In this document: piece by piece, positions 33,807 to 46,559 of the stretch
Layout: the number at the start of each line of letters is the position of its first letter
Position numbering within the stretch: the first letter of the stretch is position 1
DNA from: Camelus ferus
Lineage: Eukaryota
NCBI RefSeq assembly: GCF_009834535.1
Contig: NC_045696.1
Location: 8,310,001 to 8,374,000, forward strand
Length of the DNA: 64,000 nucleotides
Direction of reading: 5' to 3'
The notes under the pieces: generated by a model
Told to the model about the DNA's origin: nothing
Databases searched by the model: none
What the model saw: the letters and a program-made list of their open reading frames with translations, nothing else
Made by a program: the position numbers and the translations under genes

Positions 33807-35787
33807 ATCTTATTCCCCATAAGTTCTTGGGTTCAGTGATAAAAGTGAAAGATATACTTCTGTGGAAAGGGTATTCTGCAAGGGTAGAAAATATCAAAGT
33901 GTATTTTTTGTCTCTATGCATATTTTCCTGTGTGATGTTGTCAGTTCTGACTGATTCCTTGACTTGCCTAGTTTCCTGGGGCTTTGGCAGTAAAATCAAT
34001 GATTCTCATCCTGGTGTACTGAGTCTACTTCATTATTAATTATGGGTCCTGGATGAAAGAAAAAGCAGAGATGCAAATTATTTAAGGTTGAGTGTAACTT
34101 TCTCTCTGGGGTCAAATCCACCCTGCCTGTCTCCTCCAAAGAAGGTATTGACACAAATGTACTTCCTTATTAAAAGCTGAGTGTTTCTAAGAAGTTTGTT
34201 TCATGGAAGATGGGATGCTTGTGCTGACTTCTGGAGGATGAGTAGGAGTTAGTCTTCTGAGAATGAGGGTGGTACAGGTAGGGGGGACTACACGTGCAAT
34301 GGCTTTGATGGGGCTGAAACACTGGCCCCAGCAGGAGAGAAGCAGTCAGAAGTGGTGATCAGAAGACCCAGCAGACACACTGAGTAGTCCCACTTGTTTT
34401 TGGTTGGTGACATGGAGCCACTGGGCAGGATTATGTGGGGGAAATACTATGTTCAGATTTGAATTTTTGAAAAATCCCTTTGGTGCCATAAAGGGGACTG
34501 GGTAGGAGTGGGCTGAGGGTGGAGGAAGCCAGGAAGACAGCTAGCAGACTATGGAACTAAGCAGTAAGTATCAAAGTGGAAACTGGTCTTGAGTTGCAAG
34601 GTTTTAGAACATTGTACATCTCACCTTACATCCCATTTCTTTATCTATCTTTCAAAGATGTTGTGAAGCACAAATGAGATAAATGTAGTAAGGAGTGTGT
34701 GAAAGCAATACACATTGTTAGGAGCAGCTCACTAGGAGTGATACTCTGGTATCCTGAGTAGACCAGAGCAACTGGCAGCGCGGGCTAGGAGCAAGAGAGC
34801 TGGGTAACGATGGGAAAGGCAGCGCCCCCTGGGCTGTGTCATGCAGGACATGACTTTTCAATCTGCCGAAATCCATGATCCAGAAGCCTTTCTGTTGAAG
34901 CCAAAATAAGCATTATACACAGTTAAACCAGTGTTAGTTACCAGGTATTTCTGGAAGGGGGTTATGTCTCCATAATGTATTAAAATCCAAAACAGTCAAA
35001 GAGTGTGGCCAACAAATGAAAAAGAAGTGGCCAGACTTTCCTCGGGTTTATGGCCACAGCTACTTGTCATGGCATCTGTGTTCCCAGCACTGTGCCAAGC
35101 ACAAAATAGGTGCTCATTAAATTAAAAAAATATATAGGGATCCTATAAAGCACATCATGAGCTGCTTCGTCATCTGCCAGTGTAAACTTTCTTTTCTCTG
35201 TAATATCAAGCAACTGAAATTATTCAAGCTGAGTCAAACCAATCAAATATTTGCCTTTACAAAGGCAAGGAACTTCTAACTCTGGTTGGGCCTGCTTACA
35301 TCTTTCTTTTTCTTTATCATTTGCAAACACAGGCTCAACTCTGAGCTTGAGAACTTTTCTCCCTTTTCTTCTTCTTTATTGTTAGCTGAGTTTGGGAGGT
35401 AGATTGCTGAATAAATAGAAATTCATTCTGGGCCTCAGGGCTCTTTAAAAAGGTAATTCTGACCTCCAGCTACACACAGGATATTGGTAATTTGACCTTA
35501 GTTTTGTTTCCACATAAGCTGTCATTTTATACACCTAGAGAAAGCAAGGGAGGACGTATATGAAGAGGATATATTTCTCGTGGCAAACAGAAACAGAGCC
35601 AGCTACCAAAAACGATTCTTGCTCAAGTGATAATAGCCTTTACATTTTCTTTAATGGTTATTTACAGGTGCGTAGAATGTGATTCTATGGGTTCCAGGAC
35701 ACAACTGATAATGGCTTTTGTGTTTGGCTATAAAACTTTACTTAATAGACTAACATTTCTTATATGCAAAAAGTCATCATTGCACTA

Positions 35788-36060
35788 ACATGGATGGACC
35801 TTAAGTGAAGTAAGCCAGAGAAAGGCAAGTATCATATAATCACTTACATGTGGAATCTAAAAAATTGATACAAATGAACTTATTTACAGTAGAGAAACAG
35901 ACTTACAGACATAGAAAACAAACTTAGGGTTACCAAGGGAAAGGCAGGGAGAGATAAATTAGGAATTTGGGATTAAGAGATACACACTACTGTATATGAA
36001 ACAGATAAGCATCAAGGACCTACTAGTAGGTTAGCACAGGGAACTATAGTCAATATCTTG
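35788..36060 (+). mobile_element. L1 3'-region fragment lacking its terminus and A-tail
   Basis: acatggatggacct...gacatagaaaacaaactt...gcacagggaactatagtcaatatcttg, then stops abruptly. Confidence 0.85.
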
Positions 36061-36404
36061 TGTCACAAACTTGTATTCTGAATCCTGCTTTTTTTCCTTT
36101 AACATTGATGTACAAACAATTCCCCCATGTTATTGAATATTCTTTGACTACACGAAGAATGGTTAAGGCTTTAATTGGTTAATTTTAGGTTATCTGATCC
36201 TTGGCATGACTAGATAGTTGGTGTTTCCAAGACAACATTGCATAGAGGATTCTTTCCCCCTTTGTTTATTAAAAATAAAGACATTTATATTTTGTCTACA
36301 GGGCAAGAGATATTTGAAGGGAATTAGGATCTATATGTTTTATATTAGGAAAAAGATAGTCAGATATCTGGCCCTGCCTATTCTGTTTCTTGTTCATCTT
36401 CTGT

Positions 36405-36523
36405 ACATTCATTTTAACATGATTACCTCTGTAAAACCCTGTCTCCAAGTCAAGTCACACTTTGAGGTACCGAGGGTTAGGACGCCACCGTATCTTTTTT
36501 GGGGGACGTAATTCAACCATCGC
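36405..36523 (-). mobile_element. MaLR LTR fragment (MLT1B-like)
   Basis: gattacctctgtaaaaccctgtctcca...gaggtaccgagggttaggac...tttttgggggacgtaattcaacc. Confidence 0.75.
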
Positions 36524-36772
36524 AGGTCCTGCCTCTCACCTGAGCTCAGGAGGGCCTGCCAGCCCTCAGTCAGTTCTGGTTTTGACTGAGCATAGCTCTG
36601 ACATAAAGTTTGAGTTATGTATCTTTTCTAAAAATGAGATCAGTAGGACCCTTCTGAACACCTCCATTTGAAGGAATAATTTGTAGTTGGTTCTTTACCT
36701 GGAGAACCCATGCTGTTGGGTGTTGATTCCATGTGTTGATTTAGATCAAATCAGGGAGGAAACAAAGAGAAG

Positions 36773-36774
<2 letters not shown>

Positions 36775-36813
<39 letters not shown>
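36775..36813. repeat. Poly(T) run, 39 nt
   Basis: Read directly from the sequence. Confidence 0.95.
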
Positions 36814-36817
<4 letters not shown>

Positions 36818-37059
36818 GTAACAGAAGTTGATGCGGGACCATCTGGGTTTAAGCTTGAATTATCTGGCTACTTGTGATCTCAGTGGGTCACCATCCTGGT
36901 GTGTCCTGGTGACAGTAACGGTCCTTGTGTCCAAGTCTCTGTGCCAGATGCCAAGTGGAGCTCCTTCCTCAGCTACACGGAGCGGCTGGCCTCACCAGGC
37001 CCTAATCATTCCATTTGTGGCCTCCACCAATATGGAAAATAGAGGAGTTCCTGACCTGC

Positions 37060-37262
37060 TGGTGAAAAGAGTAGCGTCTGGAGGCAGACCGACTGGGTGG
37101 GAACCAACTGTGAGACCCTGGGTAGGGGGCCTGAACTTTCTGTCTCAGTTTTTATCTGACCAATATCTATTCTCTATATCATAGGGTTGTTATGAGGATT
37201 AAGTTAAATATTTGTAAAGTGTTTAGAAGAGAGTGTGACGCTTAACAAAAGCATTTGTTAGA
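37060..37262 (+). mobile_element. MIR
   Basis: tctgtctcagtttt...catagggttgttatgaggattaagttaaatatttgtaaagtgtttagaa. Confidence 0.75.
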
Positions 37263-37324
37263 TGAAAATAATGATTGAAAGCTTATTAGATACCAGGCAG
37301 TGTAAGCACATTAAGTGCAGTATT

Positions 37325-38241
37325 TTTTTTAATTAAAATTTTTAAAAATATGATTTTAAAGGTTACTTTCCATGTACCATGATTACAAAACATTGGCTCT
37401 ATTCCCTGTGTTGTACAATGCATCCTTGTGCCTTCTTACACCCAATGGTTTGTACCCACTCCCCCCCGACCCAGTGATAATCACTCTTGTTCTCTATATC
37501 TGAGTCTACTTTTTTTGTCGTATTCACTACTTCGTTGTATTTTTTATTTTTAAATTTTATTTATCTATTATTTTATTATACATTTTTACTGAAGTACAGT
37601 CAGTTTACAATGTTGTGTCATTTTCTGGTGTGCAGCACAATACTTCAGTCATATAGGAACATACATATATTCATTTTCATACTCTTTTTCACCATAGATT
37701 ACTACAAGATATTGAATATAGTTCCCTGTGCTATACAGTATAAACTTGTTTATCTGTTTTAGGCATATTAGTTAGTATCTGCAAATCTCGAACTCCCAGT
37801 TTATCCCTTCCCACCCTCTTCCCCTCTGGTAACATAAGTTTGTTTTCTATGTCTGTGAGTCTGTTTCTGTTTTGTAAATAAGTTTGTTTGCCTTTTTATT
37901 TTTTTTTTTAAGATTCCACATATAAGTGATATCATACGGTATTTTTCTTTCTCTTTCTGGCTTCACTTAGAATGACATTCTCCAGGCCCATCCATGTTGC
38001 TGCAAATGGCATTATTTTATTATTTTTTATGGCTGAGTCGGTTGTATTTTTTAGATTCCACAAAAAAGTGATATCATACAGTATTTGTCTTCCTTTGTCT
38101 GATTGACTTCAGTTAGCATAATGTCCTCCAAGTCCATCCGTGTTGCTCTGAATGGCAAAATTTCATCCTTTTTTATAGCCGAGTAGTATTCCATTGTGTA
38201 TGTGTGTATATACCGCATCTTCTTTATCCAGTCATCTGTTG
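37325..38241 (-). mobile_element. L1 3' end (outer) containing a younger L1 3' end (37547-38040), all inserted in a MIR
   Basis: Outer TSD ttaagtgcagtatt (37311-37324 / 38242-38255); inner TSD gttgtatttttta (37534-37546 / 38041-38053); antisense MIR continues at 38256-38400. Confidence 0.92.
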
Positions 38242-39053
38242 TTAAGTGCAGTATTATAACAATGCTAAGGAGTTAGTGACTATCATCCCTGCTTGACAGA
38301 GTAGGAAACAAACTCAGAGAAGTTAAGCGACTATTCCAAGTGGAAGAGATTTGAGAGGGTAGAGCCAGGTTGCAGAGAGAGGTGTGTCTGACCGTCTGCC
38401 CCAGCTCTCCACCCCTGTGACGCTGCCTGCAAACATGGCCTCAGAAATGGTCCCCCTTCTGTCAATAAATGAACCAACAAATACTTGTTGAGTATCTACC
38501 ATGTGGTGGTAGGTACGGGTCCACCGTTGGACAGAATAATGATGACACATAAATTATAAACACTCAAATGTCAGTTCTAATAATTCATTGGAACTATGCT
38601 CTGCTGCCTTCTTTAGAGTCACCAGTGATTATGAACAAGTTATGATGTTTATGAATTTCATCCTATCTACATTTTCAACGACTCCTCTGTAAAAGGTTTC
38701 ACAGGTGATTACTTACAAGTGAGTATCTTCCCTAACTTACAGATAACTATTTTCTACTACAGAGCAATTGACAGGATCCAATACATTAGCATTTGTCCCT
38801 GCTGTTGAATGTACATGCACAGTTACAGCTGATTTGATTGGAGTTCAACCAAAAGAGGAAAGAGGAAGGTCAGGAGCAGAAGGCACGTGTGATCCATCTA
38901 CCTTGGACCAACAGATGGTCTAGTAGGAGCCCACGTCAGCCTTGGGGAACCATGGATGGGGCCAGGGCATAACCACAAGAATATACAAATGCAAATGTCC
39001 CATGTTTCAGCCCACTCTGCAGCTGAACAGATAGGAAAGGTGTGTCCCCAAGA

Positions 39054-39180
39054 GGTGAGTGGCCATGTGATTTATTATCCAAACCAGAGCTCTTTTCAGA
39101 ATGAAAGAGGGTGCTAATAATAATTATGTCAGGTTAACTGGTGTAAACTGAGGCTGTCTTAGGCTACAGGGGTGACAGCC
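39054..39180. mobile_element. MER81-like (hAT-Blackjack) MITE
   Basis: atttattatccaaaccagagctcttttcagaatgaaagagggtgctaataataattatg...gtaaactgaggctgtc. Confidence 0.7.
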
Positions 39181-39599
39181 AGCCTGCAAGAGTCTGCAGG
39201 GCTGAGAGAGACCTGGGTATGGACTGGGAGTGGGGAACATGACCATCCTTAGTGGGAGCTGTGACAACAGCACAGGCTGGGACTGCCTGATGCAGATGTC
39301 ACTGGGCCACTGGTCTGTCCTGATACAGACATGCATGTGCTGTCATGAATGGAGGCTCGAGAGAAAGCCTGTTTGAAGGTAAATTCTAAATCTTCCAAGG
39401 TGATTCATTAATAAAACTCCCTTGGTAATTTCTCTGGGTATTTTTCATTTGGAAGCACACAGTCCTTTCTCCTGGCATAGCAGTGTTGACCTGGCCCCCT
39501 CTCTGGCCAGCCAAAGCTTTTGAAATCAGGGGCGAGCGAGCTCGGCTTTATAATGGTGGGGGCTAGTTACTCATTTATCTCATAAAATTATCGTGATCA

Positions 39600-39758
39600 A
39601 AGGTTCTGTGTGTGTGTGTAACCGTGTATATGCAGCACTCACGGGGCTGAACAGGTCTGACCCAGGCGCTATCTCAGTTCATCCCTGTGCATGTCAGCCT
39701 GGCGTGCTGCTGGAATTCAAAGGCGTGTGGAAGATACTTGTTGAGACGATGGTGGCAG
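39600..39758 (+). other. Candidate alternative first exon ending ATG GTG GCA G|gtgagc
   Basis: Strong Kozak context (ACGATGG, ATG at 39749) and strong donor CAG|GTGAGC; upstream TATA-like tttataa (~39547) and TCF-type sites at 39594 and 39715; 5' boundary unknown. Confidence 0.3.
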
Positions 39759-41714
39759 GTGAGCTTTTCAGAGTCCTGACTGTGTAGATAGCTGAGAAGA
39801 AAGGGGTTCAGCTGTGACAGGCAGGACATTGAGTGAGCTCCCCGCCCTGGCTTTTCTGCAGTGGGCACGGGGCTGATGCGGGCCTGGAAAGAAGTGACCC
39901 AGGCTGCTGTGGGAGAGAGCAGGGCTGTGGAACAGGTCACAGAGGCTCAGCCGGCTCCGTGGACGTGGTGCGGGCTGGAGGGCTTTGGGAGGGGGCTGCA
40001 GGGAGCGGGACCTGGATGACTTGGGAAGGAAGTGAGGGAGTACAAGAAGGTATCAATGGCTACATTACACGTATTTTTTATGTAAAAAATTTTGGCAAGA
40101 TATACTCATTCTTTTACTCTAAAGGGTTGAGGTTTTCCCACAGAAAGCCATCCTGCCTTCAGGGCATGTGGCGAATGGTAAGACCCACGCTGGGCTCATA
40201 ATCTGTCTTCTTTCCAGACTCTCCCACTCCTGTCACTGCTGCTTTCCCTGAAATGTACATAACGTGGAACTGAAACTTATCTTCACTTATTGCATTTACA
40301 GAATAATTTAATGTTTCTTAGTCTTTGCTTTTAAACTAAATGGCATGTCCTATATTTCTTATTTAGATAAACTCTAAGTTGAGTTGCTTTTACTTGTGTG
40401 GGTCTTACGAGATCTGGTGATTTGGATTGTCACCGGCCCTGCCCGGAGGGAAGGTACCAACCTTTCTTCCTTACAATTGCTCACAAACCTCTCTAGCACT
40501 CCGTGGACAGAGTATTGTTTTCCTTCTCTTATAAGGAAAAGAAACTGATGTTGGTGTGGTCTGCAATGTGCCTTTTTATATATGCAATACGTTACGACTT
40601 AATCAAAGATAAAATACAGCCTAGAATTTCCACATATTGCTATTTCTTAGTGGAAGGAGGTAGTCAAAGATTAAACACACACACACACGGCTCCTTTTCC
40701 ATTCTTAAACATAGAGAAGTTCCTCTATACAAATTATTGATAGTATTACAGAGACCTGAATTCAGAATTTGGCTGTTTTATATTAACTCTTGGTTAGTTT
40801 GTGAGCCTAAAGTTTGAACTGATTAATGCAAAGGATGTTATGAAACTAATTTCTAAAATTATCAGAAAAAATTCATATAAACTCACTTTAAAGGCACTAT
40901 TTTTATACTGCTCAGTCCTCTGGTTTGGGAGAAGGAATATGGGGAAATTATAAAAATCAGAAAGAAAACAGCCTGTTGCAAGTATTGAAATTGCAAATTT
41001 GGAATTACTGACCTAGCTAGCATATACTTTTATTTCTAGAGCTTTTGGAAAAGCATTGTCTTACCATAGGAAAGCAAATAATTTTATTTCCTTCAAGAGA
41101 TGTTCTGAGTGTGAGATTTTGTTCTGTCTTTCATAAATAGAAACAGCAAAAGAAAGACATTTTCTGATGAGATATATTTACAAATTATGGGAAATTCTCT
41201 CTCTCCTTTTTTGGTCTTGTCCCTTGTATTCCCCCAAGGTTGGCTTTGTGCCTAGACACATTAGATGTTTAATAATTATTTACCAAATAAAGTGCGATCG
41301 TAGGGGGAAGACACATCGCTTCCTCCATGTGGTCTGTATGTTGCCCTGTTTTCCCCCCAACTGGCCGCTAGATGTCTCTCGGTATCCGTACTAGATCTGT
41401 ATTAATATGCAGACACATTAATTCATGCAGATAATGCCCGGAGCTCAGGCGAGGAAATCCTGTTGAAAGAAGCGCTCAGTTCTCCCTTTTCGCTGGGCAC
41501 CAGTTTCAAGTGCTCTAGACGACTGTGTACACAGACGCATAAGACCAAGCTGGTGATGTTCATGTTGTGTTGTTGGAAGACGAAACAGAGGGGCTATTCT
41601 CCTGTGGTCGGGATTAGGGATGTGTTCTTCTCAATCCTGGAAATGCTAGGAAAATTTGAGAGTCAGCGAATTTTAAAATTAGCCAGGCACAGACTTGAGT
41701 CATTTGTGTGAACA

Positions 41715-41806
41715 CTCTCCCTTTCTTCCTCCCCTCCTCTCCTTGCTTCCCCTCCCGGCCCCCCCCCCCTCCTGTTTCTCTCTCTCTCCTTCTATCTTGC
41801 CCACAG
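41715..41806 (+). repeat. ~90-nt polypyrimidine tract ending in CACAG
   Basis: ctctccctttcttcctcccctcc...ctctctctccttctatcttgcccacag, preceded by an AP-1 motif tgagtca at ~41696. Confidence 0.7.
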
Positions 41807-42159
41807 GCTGCACACACACACTCTGACGCCACCCTCTGTGTCTAGGACCCTGTAAACAGCGTCATTTAGGCGGACAGTGCATTTGTTGAACTGCTGATCT
41901 CTGATGACTGGGGGCAGGATCGTCTGTTGTTGAATGGACAGGACCCACCTGAAAAGTTATAGTTTGGCTGGTTCCCTGGAGTGTCTGTAGTGTTTCCTAT
42001 GGGGACACAGACACAGTCTTAACCAGGGGGATACCTTGCTGGGGTCTGGGGAGAAACAGCTCAGAGGGTTGTGGTCACTGCGGCTTCTTCTCACACCCAC
42101 GTGCTGGGCTATTGTAAAAATAGTAGCACTGGAAGGGGAGAGTCTTCTGGGATAAATCC

Positions 42160-42625
42160 ATTTCTTTGAATAATATATCTTCCCTCCTCTGATTATGGAA
42201 CTGACACATTTCCAGCATAGAAAATTTGGGAAAAACAGGAAAGTGTCATGAAAATAATAGTTCTTACCATTTTAGAGACAAAATTGAAATCAGATTGTAT
42301 TTATAATTTTATAACCTCCTTTTCCTATTACATTATATCATGAACATATCCCCATGTTACTAAATACTCTCCAGTTTTGAATGGCAACATATTATCTCAT
42401 CTTTGGCCTGTGCTTCACTTTGTTTAATATTTTCCTATTGGTGGACACTTAGGTTTCTCCAAATTTAATTTGGAAATGATGCTGAAATAAATATTGTTAT
42501 ATATGCATTTTTTTCACATATCTGATTAATTCCTTAGAATAAATATCTATAATTGAAATTAAAGGGAAGACAAATGTATTCTTGATATGGAAGCAAAATG
42601 CAAACTTTCTCAGGAAGAATTCTCC
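42160..42625 (-). mobile_element. Old L1ME-like fragment
   Basis: tcctattggtggacacttaggtttctccaaattt and tctgattaattccttagaataaatatcta are antisense old-L1 motifs. Confidence 0.65.
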
Positions 42626-44337
42626 ATCCTTTTAAAATACATTTTTTTTTTTGTTATATGTTTGCAAATGATACTCCTTTTTGTTATAAACTCAGGGCCA
42701 CACCAGGGGATTCTGAAACTAGGATTGTATCTGCGTTTTGGGAAGTATTTCTCATGTAGCGTCTCTTCACATAAGACACATTAGGGGTAGGAAAGCTGGA
42801 TGGTTCTGTTTTGAAAATAAGCTATTTTCTCCTTGCCTGACACCTGTATTATGTATTTCCTGAAAGCTTAACTCTGAAGGTTTCTGTGAGAAAAGGTTGC
42901 TTTTCATCACCCTGCTGTATGGATTCGATTACCCAGCTCCACAGGGTTCAGGGGATCTTCTTCTGTCACTTGGAGAGGCCAGTGAGTGGTCACCACGCAT
43001 TATTAAGGACGCTCATCTCTCAAGGAAGCACTTATCCCAGTCCCTGTGATGGGCGTAATGTAGCCAACACACGTGGGCTCATCCTGGTCTAGAATTTGGA
43101 ATCTAAAGGGCAGTGTTTTTGGCATGGCCCTTAAAACTCTCCATGTTCTTTCGCCAGATAGTATGTATTTTATTCCCATTTTCAAAAAAGATCCAAAAAG
43201 TAGGGGTTTGAAATGCGGCAATTACTACTGAGAAAAGCTCTTTTTGTAGTTTTAAAAGATTGACATTGAATTAAAAGGTTATTAACATTTTAAAGCCTTT
43301 TTGAAGTAAAAATAAATTCATTTCTAAAAGTCAGCTTTTGGTATACAGGAGCAGTTCAGTGTTTTTCCAATGGTGTTCCTTTTAAAAAAATTAAATGTGT
43401 ATTTCTTTCCTGAAATCTGAAATACTTCTGTTTTTGGTATTTTGGGAAAAGGGCAGAAAGAGTTTTAAACTTACGTATGCATGAGTCTTTTAACATTCTT
43501 TTTCTGCTGTGAATTTCACAAATTATGAAAGTCATGGGTCAGAAACAACACAAAAGAGGAAACAGGAGTTCTGTTTGCTGTTCCTTTCCTGGCCCTCCTG
43601 TTCATGTCTCGACTGTCAGATTACCCACACTTCCACGTTCTAACTGCCTCCAAGCATGTTGACACAATGCCCTGGAATGTGGCCTGGCATGAGCCTCGGG
43701 CACCGCCAGGCAGGGCTGGTCTAGGGGAAGTTGGCCGGCTGGGTTCTTCTCCTCCATGGCGGATGCTCTGTTGCCCCCAGTCCTCTGATGCTGAGGCCTT
43801 CATGGGATCCTGGGCTGCTCACTGTTGGATTCCACTCATCTCCACCCTCTCTGAGCCCAAGCCCCACATGTCCTCCTCCATCAAGTTTCACCGTGTTCTG
43901 TTGGCTCAGAAATCTGCTTCTGTATGAAAGCTGATGGCATGTGGAAAATGACCTAGATGGAGTAACAGCCTCTCATATCCCACCAGGCAGGCTGTCCCAG
44001 CTGTCATGGAACAGAAAGGCTCACAGACCAAATAAGATGCTCAAATCACATCTTATGCAATCAATTCAAAACGTACCATGAAAAGCAGTGAGAAATTGAT
44101 GGGGTGATGAACGCCTGAGGGGTGGAAGGACCATACTTCCAGGATTCTAGAACCCTGGGCTGTCTTCTGACTCTATATCTGCTGCATCAGCCTTTCCTGT
44201 CCATGGTGCATTTACAAGGACTAGAGTTGAGGTTAAGCAAAGGGTAGTTGGAAGATGCCTGTAACCAGCACACCCTTGCTCTGTTGGAAAGATGTCTAGC
44301 CAACAGCTGTTAGTCACCAGTTAACCTGCTGACTGGT

Positions 44338-44850
44338 TGTATCAGGCAGGATAACGGCCCCCAAAGAGGCCCACGTGTTAGCCCGAGAACTATGAGTGTG
44401 TAACTTTACATGGCAGAAGGGACTTCGCAGATGTGATGAAGGATCCTGAGAGGGAGAGGTTCTCCTGGATTATCTGGTGGGACCAATGTAATCGCAAGGG
44501 TCCTTTTAGGAAAGTGGGAGGCTGGGGAGTCAGAGAAGATGTGATGACGGAAGCAGAGGTCAGAGAGATCAATGTCTATTTGAAGATGCTGTACTGCTGG
44601 CTTTGAAGACAGACAAAGCGACCATGAGCCACGAAATGCAGGTGGCATCAGAAGGTGGAAAAGCTAAGTGTTATGACTAAACTGTGTCCCCTATCCCAGC
44701 TGAATTTATACGTTTAAGTCCTAACCATCAGAAGCTCACAGTGTGACCATGTTTAGCGATAGGATCTTTGCAGAGGTAATTAAATTACAATGAGGTCACT
44801 AGGGTGGGCCCTAATCCAGTATGATTTATATGCCTATAAGAAGAGGACTA
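44338..44850 (+). mobile_element. MLT1D LTR (44338-44668) followed by an MLT1A/B LTR 5' part (44669-44850)
   Basis: ggcaggataacggcccccaaaga...ggactt(c)gcagatgtgat...ctgctggctttgaaga; then tgttatgactaaactgtgtccc...gggtgggccctaatccagtatga. Confidence 0.85.
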
Positions 44851-45194
44851 TTTGCGTACATTCTATATGGCTATACTATTTTGAGATACACATATCTTCT
44901 GGATTACGCTATCTGCTTATGTACTATCTGTGGTTAACTTATTTGTTACTTAACATGTCAGTGAATTTCACCTGCATTACACAAGCCACTAGCTTACTTA
45001 CTTTCTAAGTAATATATTCTTTGAGTTTCATCCACTCCATTAATTTTTCTGGTCTTCTCTAGTTGTACTGAATATTTAAAAATAACAGCACACATGTTAC
45101 AGCTTCTGTATTCCTGGGTTGCTAATACATGAACAAGATTTATGTTTGGAAATGAAGGGCGCTGTCCTCTGTGCGACTCCTGCCATTATCCTGG

Positions 45195-45420
45195 CAGTGG
45201 AATGGGGGCCGTTCTGTGGCATATGGAAGTTGTCAATCTCCTCCTCTTTTTCTTCTTTTTCCCCAGCTAGTGTCTTCTTTGAGATCCTGGCCACACTTCA
45301 TGTGCTGTCCGTGGCTGCTTTTAAGCTATACTGGCAGAGTTGAGTAGCTGGGACAGAGACCATCTGACCCAGAAAACCTGAAATATTTCTCATCCTAGGA
45401 AGAAAGTTCAGTGATCCCTA
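45195..45420 (+). mobile_element. MER58A-like (hAT-Charlie)
   Basis: tgtccgtggctgcttt...ggcagagttgagtagctgggacagagacc...aacctgaaatattt. Confidence 0.75.
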
Positions 45421-45879
45421 CGCTAGTGTCCTCGAAGAGTGATACCAAGATTTCAGCTTCACGTTGAAGAAGACACGACTCTGGAAGGTTATTTACTTTC
45501 CTTAGGTCCCCAACCAACTGGAGATGGACCGTGTTAGGGTTCAACTTCAGAATCTCGGCTGCTGCTGCTTTAGGAGACCTTGTCTTTCGTTTGTCTGGCC
45601 CACTTTTTCTGCCTTTGAAAGGTGATTTTGACCTGTCTTACTGGCCTAATCTTGTTTCTGATCTCTTTCCCAACTTTGCGAACTCACATCCAATACATAA
45701 TATCTGTTTCTGGGTGTTAGGTGTCCTCTAGTCTCTCATGAAGCCAACAGATGGCTCTTCTGTTCTGTCGTTTAAGGCTGTTGATGAAAGAGCTCAGGTT
45801 GTGCTGGGTAGATCTGCGCTCCTGTGCGAAAGGACGCTAGTTACGTGTGTACCCAGAGTGAATCACTTAAAGGGAAAAA

Positions 45880-46375
45880 AAAAACCTTTCTATGTTGAAA
45901 TGACTGCATTTACAGAGGAGTCGGCAAGTTAGTACAGGGAGTTCCTGATGCTCTTCACCCGGGCTCCCTCGGTGTCAGCATCTTATCAACATGGCATCTT
46001 ATCAAAACTCAGACATCAACACTGGTGCAGTACTATGCCTTAGACGACAGACTTTACTGATTCCACTACCTGGTCTACTAATGTCCTTCTTGTATAGACA
46101 ATCTAATCCAGGATATCTGTGGCATTTCCTCAGTATTTCCTTGTCTTTCAAGACCTTGACATTTCTGAAGAGTCTTGGTCAAGTATTTCGTGGAATGTCC
46201 CTCAGCTTGAGTTTGTTTGCTGTTTTCTCATGATGAGACTGGGGTTATGGACTTTTAAAAGGGCAGAAGATGAAGACCACAGAGATGATGTGTCTTTCCT
46301 ACCATGTCATTTCAGGAAGACATGATATCAATATGACTTATTCTTGATGATGTCAGCCCTGATCACTTGGTTGGG
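45880..46375 (-). mobile_element. Old L1MC-like 3' fragment
   Basis: gaccttgacatttctgaagagtcttggtcaagtatttcgtggaatgtccctcag...tgatgagactggggttatgg. Confidence 0.75.
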
Positions 46376-46559
46376 TAAACAATTTTAAATGATTAACCAA
46401 CAATGTTATGTCACACCCATGTTGTGTTCAGCATAATGCTAGGCACTTATCAGGTAAGATAATTGAGAAATAGCATAGGAAATAATTCAAAAAAGGGGTA
46501 AGAAAGTATTTTTTTATAAAGTATATAAGATTATTAAGACCTCAAATAGGTGAGTAGGG

